Source of the DNA: Demequinaceae bacterium
Lineage (GTDB): Bacteria > Actinomycetota > Actinomycetes > Actinomycetales > Demequinaceae
Assembly: GCA_965250005.1 (NCBI GenBank)
Contig: OZ252279.1
Coordinates: 1,800,001 to 1,832,000 of the forward strand
DNA length: 32,000 nucleotides
Direction: 5' to 3'
Part shown: positions 20,684 to 29,404 of the stretch, one piece after another
Position numbering within the stretch: the first letter of the stretch is position 1
Layout of the letters: the number at the start of each line of letters is the position of its first letter
Notes under the pieces: model-generated
The model's database searches: none
What the model was told of the DNA's origin: nothing
What the model saw: the letters and a program-made list of their open reading frames with translations, nothing else
Program-made: the position numbers and the translations under genes

Positions 20684-22997
20684 TGCGGTCACGGGCTACT
20701 CGTATGACGCTGCAGGCCGGGTGTTGACGCAGACGGCCCCGGATGGCGCTGTCACCACGTTTACGTATGACGCGGACGGGCGTATGGCGTCGGCGAGCGA
20801 CCCGTTGGGTAACACCGCGCAGGTGTCGTATGACGGCAACGGCCAGCGGGTGTCGGTGGTGGACCCATTGGGCCGTACCCGTATGTGGACGTTGGATGCG
20901 GTAGGCCGTTTGCTGACATACACCGTTGCAGGCCAGAGCCAACTGACGCAGATGTTTGACGCAGCAGGCAGGTTGACGTCACGCACGTTGGGGGACGGAA
21001 CGCTCACCGCCTACACGTATGACGCGTCAGGACGGTTGACTGCGATCGATTACACGGACCGCCCGGACGCAACATTCACATATACGGATGCAGGACGCCG
21101 GGCAACGGTCACAGATCAGCGCGGCACGACATCCTATGGGTACGACTCGCAGGGGCGCCTGACGTTGGTGACCTCCCCTGAGGGCAGTGTTGGCTACGGG
21201 TATGACGCCGCCAGCCGCATGGTCTCGATCACGACTGCCGCGGGCACCACCACATATGTGCGGGACGACCTGGGCCGCATCAGCGGCGTGACCGACCCTG
21301 AAGGTGGCGTCTATGTCATCGAACGCGACACTGCGGGCCGAGTCAGTACGGTCACCTACCCGAACGGCGTGACCGAATCGTTTGCTCGGGACGCTGCAGG
21401 CCGGGTCATGTCCGTCACCGTCGCGGACGCCTTGGGGACCGTGTTGGCCTCCCACACCGCACAACGGGACGTAGCAGGCCGGATCACAGCCCTGGATGAC
21501 GTATTCGCCGGTGTTGTAGGTGCAGCAGACGTGTCACGAGACTTCGGCTATGACGCAGCAGGCCGCCTAACCCAGGTGGTCTCAGATGCGACCGGCACCT
21601 CGTCCACCGTTGACTACACCCTCGATGGTCTAGGCAACCGGGCGTCAACGTCCACGGACGGCACTGTCGTGGCGTCCACCGTCAATGATCTGGACCAGCT
21701 GACCACCCAAGGCAGCAACGCATTCACCTACGACGACGCGGGCAGGCTCACCTCAGCCACAGGCCCGGGAGGTGCGTCCACGTATGCGTGGTCATCGCAG
21801 GGTGAACTACTCACCGCAGCCACCCCGGCCGGCACCATCAACTACGCCTACGACACCGACGGCAACGTCACCACCCGCACCGAAACCGGCACCGCCGTCG
21901 ACTACGTCTATGACACCGTCAACGGACTACCCCGCGCCATCACCGCCTCCGACGGCACCTGGTGGATATACGCAGACGGCATGATCCTCGCCCAACACAC
22001 CGCTACTGGATCAACGACACCCGGCACCACGGCCTATTTGCACAGTGACGTGCGTGGTGACGTGCGCACCGCCACCGACGCCACCGGCACCATCACCGAC
22101 ACCTTCACCTGGACTGTCGACGGGCAGCAGACCGCCCGCACCGGCACCACCAACATCACCGTCGGCTGGCGTGGTGAAACCGTCGACACCACCACCGGGC
22201 TCATCTGGCTACGGGCCCGCTGGTATGACCCAACAACAGCCAGGTTCCTCAGCGCAGACCCGTGGCACGGTAACCCCGCCAACCCCATCAGCCTCAACCG
22301 GTATGCGTACGCCAACGCAGACCCCGTCAACGGCCACGACCCGACTGGGCTCGCGGTGTTGACCGATACCGTGGCAGCCGCAGAGATCCGCGGCGCGCTT
22401 GCGGGGATCGCCATAAGTCTCTACGGCTTGGCGACCTTGAAGGCGATCGAGTCTGCTCTCGGGATCGCCGCGCCTCCGAGTGAGGCCCCGCTTCCCCCGG
22501 GTGTCGAGGATCCGCGCGACGATCCCTCGTTCTCCGTGGATCCCGCTCCGAACTGGCTCAAGTACCCAACAGCGACGGACTCGTCGCTCACGGTGTATCG
22601 TGTTTGGGGAGGGATTTCGGGTCCGTTCGGAGCATCGTGGACGACAGTTAACCCCAAGGCCGTTGAAGGAGAGTTCGGGACCGGGTCGTTCCGCTACTAC
22701 TCAGGGATCCCCTACGGAAACACGGCTGAGTGGGTTACCACCGGCGTGCTTGATGCTGGCGCGACCGTCCAATTCCAAGACGCACGCCAGATTGCTGGTA
22801 CGAACCCGCTTGAGATCGATTTTGGTTACCTCGTTGATGGCAACGGTGGGCTCGATGTCACGCAACACGGCGGAGGTGTCGTGCCCGAGGTTATCGTGCC
22901 AGGAGGATGCGCGAACCCAAGCTTGGTGTGTATGAAACATGAAGCCCTCGACCCTCCGTGGAACGCCGCAGAAGCCGATTTCATCTATAGGCCATAG
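20684..22997 (+). pseudogene. Orphan RHS module 3: partial YD region plus core and ART-like candidate tip
   Basis: Homology starts at VTGYSYDAAGRVLTQTAPDGAVTTFTYDADGRMASASDPLGN (main gene about 7355); core NRYAYANADPVNGHDPTG. Confidence 0.85.
22345..22997 (+). other. Tip of orphan module 3; candidate ART-like toxin
   Basis: LAVLTDTVAAAEIRGALAGIAISLYGLATLKAIE...TVYRVWGGISGPFGASWTTVNP...GGGVVPEVIVPGGCANPSLVC. Confidence 0.5.
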
Positions 22998-23049
22998 GGT
23001 GATCTCGTGATCTACGGCCGAATTGTAATCCTGACGGAGCGGAGTTGAA

Positions 23050-23820
23050 GTGCCGGATTCTCGGGTAGGTGTCACGTTCCGTATTAGCAAGTCTTTTGGC
23101 GGCGCTGAGTTCGTGAAGGTACTCTACGCGGACGACGTTGGCCTAGTCATTCGGGTGTTCTCTCGCAGGCCGGACATCGTCTGGTCAGACGAGTTGGAGT
23201 ACGCTTCGCTCAGCGCGCTGGAAGAAGACTCAGAACCGACGCTAGAGACGCTCTCGAATGCTCAGTTCGACTCACTTGAACCCTCCGAGTTGAGGATTGC
23301 GAGGGTAATGACCAACGCTGAGATGCAGGCGGGTGGCGCTGCGTTGCGCGCTCGTGGCGGCGAGTTGGCAGCGGATGTTCGGCGGCAGGTCGAGGGTCTT
23401 TCGCCCTCGCGCTACTCCGCGTTCGAGATTCGGGCTGCCGAAGCGACGCTTGCTAGCGGAGAGGTTCTGGCGCGGGTGGCGTTTGTTGAGCGATCCGCGC
23501 ACTCGGATCTGTTGGCAGCTTCGCGCGAACACGTTGTTGAGGCAGGCTCGGTCGTGAGCGTTTCAACTTCACCGCTTGCGCTGCCCGCGGCTATCGCCAG
23601 CGAGCTCTACGACCGCCCCGAGACGTCGATGGGCGGCCGGCTGTTTGTGCTCAGAATGAGAGATGGTGTCCACGTAAGTTTTGAAACCGGCGAGTTCGTA
23701 GACTTCCCGGGCTTCCCTGACCCATATGACGGTGCGGATGTTGAGGCGGCGTGTTCAGAAGGCGAGGCGTTTACGGCATCCGGCGTGCCGCAACAGCAAT
23801 TCGCATGGTGCGTCTACTAG
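23050..23820 (+). CDS. Putative immunity protein of module 3
   Basis: 256 aa, GTG start with GGAG upstream; shares AEMQAGGAALRARGGELAADVRRQVEGLSPSRYSAFEIRAAEATLASGEVLARVAFVERS...ETSMGG...FAWCVY with the module 2 protein. Confidence 0.6.
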   Translation: MPDSRVGVTFRISKSFGGAEFVKVLYADDVGLVIRVFSRRPDIVWSDELEYASLSALEEDSEPTLETLSNAQFDSLEPSELRIARVMTNAEMQAGGAALRARGGELAADVRRQVEGLSPSRYSAFEIRAAEATLASGEVLARVAFVERSAHSDLLAASREHVVEAGSVVSVSTSPLALPAAIASELYDRPETSMGGRLFVLRMRDGVHVSFETGEFVDFPGFPDPYDGADVEAACSEGEAFTASGVPQQQFAWCVY

Positions 23821-23925
23821 TCAAAGGGACAATGCTGTTCTGACCCCGTTGGAGGCGGCGGTTAGGCATTCGCGTGGTTTCGCCCGCGCGGGCGACGCTT
23901 CAGGTGCGGGATGCGGCGGTTCGGA

Positions 23926-25397
23926 TTACGGCGTTGGATGACGTGTTCGCCGGTGTGGTGGGCGCAGCGGACGTGTCCCGAGACTTCGGATACGACGCCG
24001 CTGGCCGCCTGACGCAAGTCATCTCAGATGCCACAGGTAGCTCGTCGACCGTTGACTACACGTTGGATGGTCTAGGCAACCGGGCATCCACGTCCACGGA
24101 CGGCACTGTCGTTGCCTCCACCGTGAACGACCTGGACCAGCTGACTTCTCAGGGCAGCAACGCGTTCACGTATGACGACGCGAGCAGGCTCACCTCAGCC
24201 ACAGGCCCGGGAGGTGCGTCCACGTATGCGTGGTCATCGCAGGGTGAACTACTCAACGCAGCCACCCCGGCCGGGACCGTCGACTACGCCTACGACACGG
24301 ACGGCAACGTCACCACCCGCACCGAAACCGGCGTGGCTGTGGACTTCGTGTATGACACCGTCAGCGGCCTACCTCGGGCCGTCAGCGCCTCCGACGGCAC
24401 CTGGTGGGTGTATGCAGACGGCATGATCCTCGCCCAACACACCGCTACTGGATCAACGACACCCGGCACCACGGCCTACTTGCACAGTGACGTGCGTGGT
24501 GACGTGCGCACCGCCACCAATACTGCCGGCACCATCACTGACACCTTCACCTGGACCGTCGACGGGCAGCAGACCGCCCGCACCGGCACCACCAACGTCA
24601 CCGTCGGCTGGCGTTCCGAGACCGTCGACACCACCACCGGGCTCATCTGGCTACGGGCCCGCTGGTATGACCCAACCACCGCTCGGTTCCTGTCGGCAGA
24701 CCCGTGGCACGGCAACCCCGCCAACCCCATCAGCCTCAACCGCTACCTCTACGCCAACGCCGACCCCGTCAACATGCACGACCCGACAGGGATGTTCACA
24801 ACGACGGAGCAAACGTCTGCTGTGATCCCGACGCAAGGAGTCCTGTACGGGATACGCGGCATGAGCGCGATACGTGCGCGTGCGATCGTGCAGGCTGTTG
24901 TCGATTCCCTGGCTGCCTCAATAACACTGGCTTGGTCCGCGTACGCGGTGTTCGGGATCGACGACCCGGCCGCAGGCGAAGACGTCGACCGAAGCGGATC
25001 ACGCGACGAGCCACTACCCGACATCGAGATATTCGAACGCGACTCCAACGCACCCGAACTCCAACCCGCCGCCGCGGGGAAGGGTGCGGGTAAACCTCCA
25101 AAGAAGTGCACGGGACCCGGAGGCAGTGGATCTGCAGCCGATTCGGGTGACGAGACAACTCACTCGACCCTTAGAGGCGCCGATCGCGCGATCGACTCCA
25201 AGGAGGTCCTGCGCAACGCCGGGCAAGTTCTGTACGATGAAAATGGAAACAAGGTCTACATTTGGGAGCAGGCAAACAATATGAACCAAGTTGTGATTCA
25301 GAACACGGCGAACGGGAATATCATCACGTCCCAATGGTCGAGCAATAACTGGATCGCACGGCAAGTAGAGTCAGGGCGCTGGTGGGAGTTGTGCTGA
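23926..25397 (+). pseudogene. Orphan RHS module 4: short YD/core fragment plus distinct tip
   Basis: Homology from ITALDDVFAGVVGAADVSRDFGYDAAGRLTQVISD (main about 8150) through NRYLYANADPVNMHDPTG. Confidence 0.85.
24790..25397 (+). other. Tip of orphan module 4; linker shared with the main tip, then a small candidate RNase-like (BECR-fold?) toxin
   Basis: MFTTTEQTSAVIPTQG...PELQPAA nearly identical to the main tip, then THSTLRGADRAIDSKEVLRNAGQVLYDENGNKVYIWEQANNMNQVVIQNTANGNIITSQW. Confidence 0.45.
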
Positions 25398-25600
25398 TGG
25401 CCGGGAATCCGGATGAGCTATCGTATACAGACGCATTCTGCGGAGAAACTCTCGACCCGGCGAGTGACGATGTGTTGCGGATTGTGGCCTCCAATATGAG
25501 CGGCGGAAGCGCGCGCCAGGAATTCTACGTTCACCGTGAGTGTTTCCAGCAAGCGCTACACGCCCAAATCCCCCTCGGTGAAGTCTTCGAAGGCGAGTAG
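25397..25600 (+). CDS. Small putative immunity protein of module 4
   Basis: MAGNPDELSYTDAFCGETLDPASDDVLRIVASNMSGGSARQEFYVHRECFQQALHAQIPLGEVFEGE; TGATG stop/start overlap with the tip. Confidence 0.6.
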   Translation: MAGNPDELSYTDAFCGETLDPASDDVLRIVASNMSGGSARQEFYVHRECFQQALHAQIPLGEVFEGE

Positions 25601-25786
25601 AGCCACAAGGACGTAAGATTCATCGCTTGGGCACCGGCTTCCGTTGGGGTGCGCGCGTCCAAGTCGTGCAAATGCCTGACGAGGACGAGCCCCAGACCCA
25701 CTCGCTTTGCATTAAGACCCGGTGCGCGCTCGCAGAGGTTGGTACTGCGTTTCATATAGCCTGCTGTGAAACAAGCGCCCGATACG

Positions 25787-26155
25787 GGTGATTTCAGATG
25801 CGACCGGCGCCTCCTCCAACCCGGATTACACGCTCGATGGTCTGGGTAACCGGGCGTCCACGTCCACGGACGGCACACGTGTTGCCTCCACGGTCAATGT
25901 CCTGGACCAGCTGACCACTCAGGGCAGCAACGCGTTCACCTACGACGACGCGGGCAGGCTCACCTCAGCCACAGGCCCGGGTGGCACGTCCACTTTTGCA
26001 TGGTCATCCCAGGGTGAGCTACTCGCGGCAGCCACCCCGGCCGGGACCGTCGACTACGCCTACGACACCGATGGCAACGTCACCACCCGCACCGAATCCA
26101 GCACCGCCGTCGACTACGTCTATGACACGTTGGGCGGCCTGCCCCGAGCTGTGTC
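25787..26155 (+). pseudogene. Decayed RHS core fragment (module 5 remnant) without core end, tip or immunity gene
   Basis: VISDATGASSNPDYTLDGLGNRASTSTDGT...NVTTRTESSTAVDYVYDTLGGLPRAVSA, then unrelated LCGETNP and stop. Confidence 0.8.
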
Positions 26156-26189
26156 GGCGCTGTGCGGGGAGACAAACCCATGAGAAGGG

Positions 26190-26996
26190 CTAGAGGTAGT
26201 CGTACGCCCGTCGGACACCAAGGAGAGAGGCGAAGTGATGAGCAATAACCTGGTTTCGAACCCAGTTGTAGATCAACTCCATGACGGCGGGAACACCGAG
26301 GAGCCCGCGAAGCCCGGTGGCTGGGTCGAAACGTACATGGAGGGTCAGGTGCGGATCGAACTCCGCATCCGCCTCGCGTCCAGCGAAGTCGAACCACGCC
26401 ACTGGATCGCCGTGATTCAACGGTTCGAGGTTGAAGCGATACGTCGGTCCCTCGCCACCATCTGGGAGGTCCCAACTCATGCCGTCATGGTTGAGGGTGA
26501 CGTCGACGGCCAAGAGCAGGCGGTGCTTGTCGATGTTGACCAACTTGTTCAGCAGGTAGAGCGGGTTGGCGCTGGCAACTCCGTGCCAGCGCTTGTCGCC
26601 GTGTGGTTGTACGGATTCGACAGCATCGAGGATGCTTGGGCTCGTGACCCCCACAATGCCCGCCGCCTTGGGTTGGGAATTATTCACGGGAGGATCAAGG
26701 ATGGGGAAGCAAGTGTTCTTGGTCGCGGTTCCATTGTCGAGTTCCACGAGATCGTGCGCAAGGTAGTCGAGGGACGCACGCGCGTTCGTAAGGAAGTCCC
26801 CGAGAATTGCGCTCCACTCGGGCTCCACGACGGGAAGGCGATCTACCCGGTAGACGTACTTCGAGGGGTCACCGTCACTCTCGCGGACAAAGAACTCGCG
26901 GGCGGGGTCGAGGGCGACCTCAAGTCGTTGATTCAAGTCCTCGGCGTGAACGCGCGCCCGGTCCAACTTCACATAAGACCCTTCAAGAGGACCCAC
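26190..26996 (-). CDS. Hypothetical protein
   Basis: 268-aa minus-strand ORF with non-biased, protein-like composition (EWSAILGDFLTNARASLDYLAHDLVELDNG...). Confidence 0.65.
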   Translation of the reverse strand: MGPLEGSYVKLDRARVHAEDLNQRLEVALDPAREFFVRESDGDPSKYVYRVDRLPVVEPEWSAILGDFLTNARASLDYLAHDLVELDNGTATKNTCFPILDPPVNNSQPKAAGIVGVTSPSILDAVESVQPHGDKRWHGVASANPLYLLNKLVNIDKHRLLLAVDVTLNHDGMSWDLPDGGEGPTYRFNLEPLNHGDPVAWFDFAGREADAEFDPHLTLHVRFDPATGLRGLLGVPAVMELIYNWVRNQVIAHHFASLLGVRRAYDYL

Positions 26997-27135
26997 AACA
27001 CACCCCCGACGATTTCTGGGCCTTCAACAGAGCCCGTCAATGAGCAATGTACCTGGGCTACCTCGTGGGAATAGTTGACGCCGTGCAGAGGCACGTACCC
27101 AGTGAAGCTGGGGACAACATGACTACGCTGGATAT

Positions 27136-27253
27136 GTGGACAAATTCTGGGTCGTCACTGCGGGCACCATTGTTGCTGCGGCACTTGGCTGGTTCGGCAA
27201 GTGGGTTGTGATGAGCATTAAGCGTGCGGGGCTACGACGTGACAAAGCCTCTG
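27136..27253 (+). pseudogene. Truncated small membrane protein gene cut by an IS element
   Basis: MDKFWVVTAGTIVAAALGWFGKWVVMSIKRAGLRRDKAS, then the reading frame runs into the IS terminal repeat. Confidence 0.4.
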
Positions 27254-27293
27254 GGAGCCGACCCCGCTTTTCCGGACACGGGGTGTGTGTTGA

Positions 27294-28133
27294 TTATGCC
27301 GCTATTTGGGCACGGGTGTGAAGTGCTTCAAACGTGGCGGGGCTGACGGAGCGTCCGCGGTGATCGGTCAGGGCGGTGTGGCGTCGGCGGGGGTTGTAGA
27401 ACCCTTCGATCCATTCGAAAATTGCTGCAGCCAGTTCGATACGACTGTCCCAGGACTGGCGGTCGAGTAGTTCGCGTTGCATGGTTGACCAGAATGATTC
27501 GATGAGGGCGTTGTCCACGCTGGAGGCGACTCGTCCCATGGAACCCAGGAGCCCCGCTTCACGTAATCGGTGTCCGAAGATCCAACTCGTGTATTGCGCT
27601 CCGCGATCGGCGTGAACAATAGTTCCGGGCCGGGGTCGGCGTTGCCAGCGGGCCATTTCCAGGGCGTCCGTGACGAGTTCGGCGGTGGGTCGGTCAGCAA
27701 TAGACCAGCCCACGACACGGCGGGAGAAAGCATCAACAACGGCGCAGCAGTAAACCCAACCATCACGCGCGCGATGCTGCGTGATGTCCGTAAACCAGAT
27801 CCGGTCAGGCTGATCGGCTCGGAACTGGCGTTTGACAAGGTCGTCATGGGTGGCTGCTGCTGGGGCCCATCCACGCCGTTTACGCCCGTGTGACACGCCT
27901 CGCAGGCCCGCTTCACGCAACAGTAGGGCCACCCGTTTACGGCTGCAGGCCACACCGTGCTCGATTGAAAGTTCGTCGTGGATACGTTTCGCACCATACG
28001 TGCCCCGCGAGTCACGATGGATCCGACAAATCACCTCCGTGAGTGTCCGATCCGCGACCGCACGCCGTGACGGGGCCCTGCCTAACCACTCGTAGTAGCC
28101 GGCACGAGAAACGCCAAGCTTCCGGCACGCCAC
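27294..28133 (-). CDS. IS3-family transposase OrfB
   Basis: CRKLGVSRAGYYEWLGR..., GTYGAKRIHDELSIEHG, IWFTDITQHRARDGWVYCCAVVDAFSRRVVGW, IVHADRGAQYTS, SVDNALIESFWSTMQRELLDR. Confidence 0.93.
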   Translation of the reverse strand: MACRKLGVSRAGYYEWLGRAPSRRAVADRTLTEVICRIHRDSRGTYGAKRIHDELSIEHGVACSRKRVALLLREAGLRGVSHGRKRRGWAPAAATHDDLVKRQFRADQPDRIWFTDITQHRARDGWVYCCAVVDAFSRRVVGWSIADRPTAELVTDALEMARWQRRPRPGTIVHADRGAQYTSWIFGHRLREAGLLGSMGRVASSVDNALIESFWSTMQRELLDRQSWDSRIELAAAIFEWIEGFYNPRRRHTALTDHRGRSVSPATFEALHTRAQIAA

Positions 28134-28180
28134 CGCGACGGGTATCCCGTCGCGGCTGAGTTCGTGGACGAGCCGGAAAC

Positions 28181-28465
28181 CTATTTTGGGAGCACGTTCT
28201 CCCGCGCAAAATATGCAGAAGCACGCTTCAAGATTTCGTTCTCCATCTGAAGCACCCGATTCTTGCGGCGCAACTGCACCAACTCGCGTCGCTCCTCAGT
28301 CGTGAGACCTTCAACACGGCCCGCGTTAATGTCGTCTTGCTTCATCCACCGCCGCAAACACGACTCACTGATCCCAAGCCCGCTCGCAACCTGCGCGACC
28401 GGCTCTCCCTGACGCACCAAATCCAATGCTCGACGCCTAAACTCCGGCGGTTTCGCTTGTGGCAT
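28181..28465 (-). CDS. IS3-family transposase OrfA
   Basis: 94 aa; MPQAKPPEFRRRALDLVRQGEPVAQVASGLGISESCLRRWMKQ... plus leucine-zipper-like LVQLRRKNRVLQMENEILKRASAYFA. Confidence 0.93.
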   Translation of the reverse strand: MPQAKPPEFRRRALDLVRQGEPVAQVASGLGISESCLRRWMKQDDINAGRVEGLTTEERRELVQLRRKNRVLQMENEILKRASAYFARENVLPK

Positions 28466-28546
28466 TCCGAACTCCTCTCGGGAACATCATCCCAAGTCAT
28501 GTGTCCGGAAAAGCGGGGTCGGCTCCGTTTGATGCTGCTGGCAGGG

Positions 28547-29149
28547 CTACGGGCGCTCGTCCGTCAGTTTCGGGTTGGGCTCAAGCGCGGACAGTCCGTT
28601 CCACGCCAGATTTAGCAGGTGCGCAGCCACGACCTTCTTGGAGGGCTCCCGCACGTCGGACCAGTGCTGCCCGGTCAGAGCGACCATGCCCACCAGCATG
28701 CGCGCGTAGATGGGGGCGATCTTCGCGTCCAGCCCGCGCGCCACGAACTGATCGCCCAGGATGCCCTCGACCTGTGTAGCGACGTCGCCGATCAGGCTGG
28801 AGAACGTGCCGGTGGCTTGCGCCACCGGGGAGTCACGGGTGAGGATGCGGAACCCGTCGGGGGAGTCCTCGATGTAGCCCAGCAGCGCCATCGCGGCGCG
28901 CTCCACCAGTTGCTTGGGGTGGCCGCGGCGCTCGAGCGCGCCCGTGAGCGCACCGAGCAGTGCCTGCACCTCGCGGTCAACGACCACCGCGTACAAGCCC
29001 TCTTTGCCGCCAAAGTGTTCGTACACAACCGGCTTCGACACGTCCGCGCGCAAGGCGATTTCTTCGACAGACGTGCCCTCGAAACCTTTTTCTGCGAAGA
29101 GGGCTCGACCCACCGCGAGCAGCTGCTCCCGGCGCTCTCGGCCCGTCAT
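28547..29149 (-). CDS. TetR-family transcriptional regulator
   Basis: MTGRERREQLLAVGRALFAEKGFEGTSVEEIALRADVSKPVVYEHFGGKEGLYAVVVDREVQAL; start chosen at the Met before the HTH. Confidence 0.88.
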   Translation of the reverse strand: MTGRERREQLLAVGRALFAEKGFEGTSVEEIALRADVSKPVVYEHFGGKEGLYAVVVDREVQALLGALTGALERRGHPKQLVERAAMALLGYIEDSPDGFRILTRDSPVAQATGTFSSLIGDVATQVEGILGDQFVARGLDAKIAPIYARMLVGMVALTGQHWSDVREPSKKVVAAHLLNLAWNGLSALEPNPKLTDERP

Positions 29150-29244
29150 GCGTGCGCGGGGAATGCGCTTCGGTTCGGCAGCCACGGTTCTAGTCTGCCG
29201 TGAATCCTGGCACACTGTTCCTCTGGGGCCCACGAGCCTCAAAA

Positions 29245-29316
29245 TCCGCCCTAGTGTAACGGCAGCATGCAGGCCTTTGGAGCCTTGCGGTTCAGGTTCG
29301 AATCCTGAGGGCGGAA
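29245..29316 (+). tRNA. tRNA-Gln (anticodon TTG)
   Basis: 7-bp acceptor stem TCCGCCC/GGGCGGA, anticodon loop CTTTGGA, T arm TCAGG-TTCGAAT-CCTGA. Confidence 0.9.
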
Positions 29317-29404
29317 CCCCTCTGCCTCCGGCCCAGTGGTGCGCCCGGTAGAGTGGGCACTGCAGGTGTTGGCGCCCACCACGGGCACTACCTAGGGGAG
29401 CCGC

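Larger units (their letters stand above)
27254..28526 (-). mobile_element. IS3-family insertion sequence
   Basis: Perfect 26-bp inverted repeats GGAGCCGACCCCGCTTTTCCGGACAC at 27254-27279 and reverse complement at 28501-28526, with orfA/orfB between. Confidence 0.92.

Noticed and set aside
27368-28015. 215-aa ORF over the second IS in an alternative frame
   Set aside because: Overlaps the well-supported IS3 OrfB on the same strand and lacks motifs.
29245-29316. tRNA-Gln as a possible attachment site for an integrative element
   Set aside because: No integrase gene and no duplicated tRNA 3' end noticed in the window; tetR lies between the tRNA and the island.
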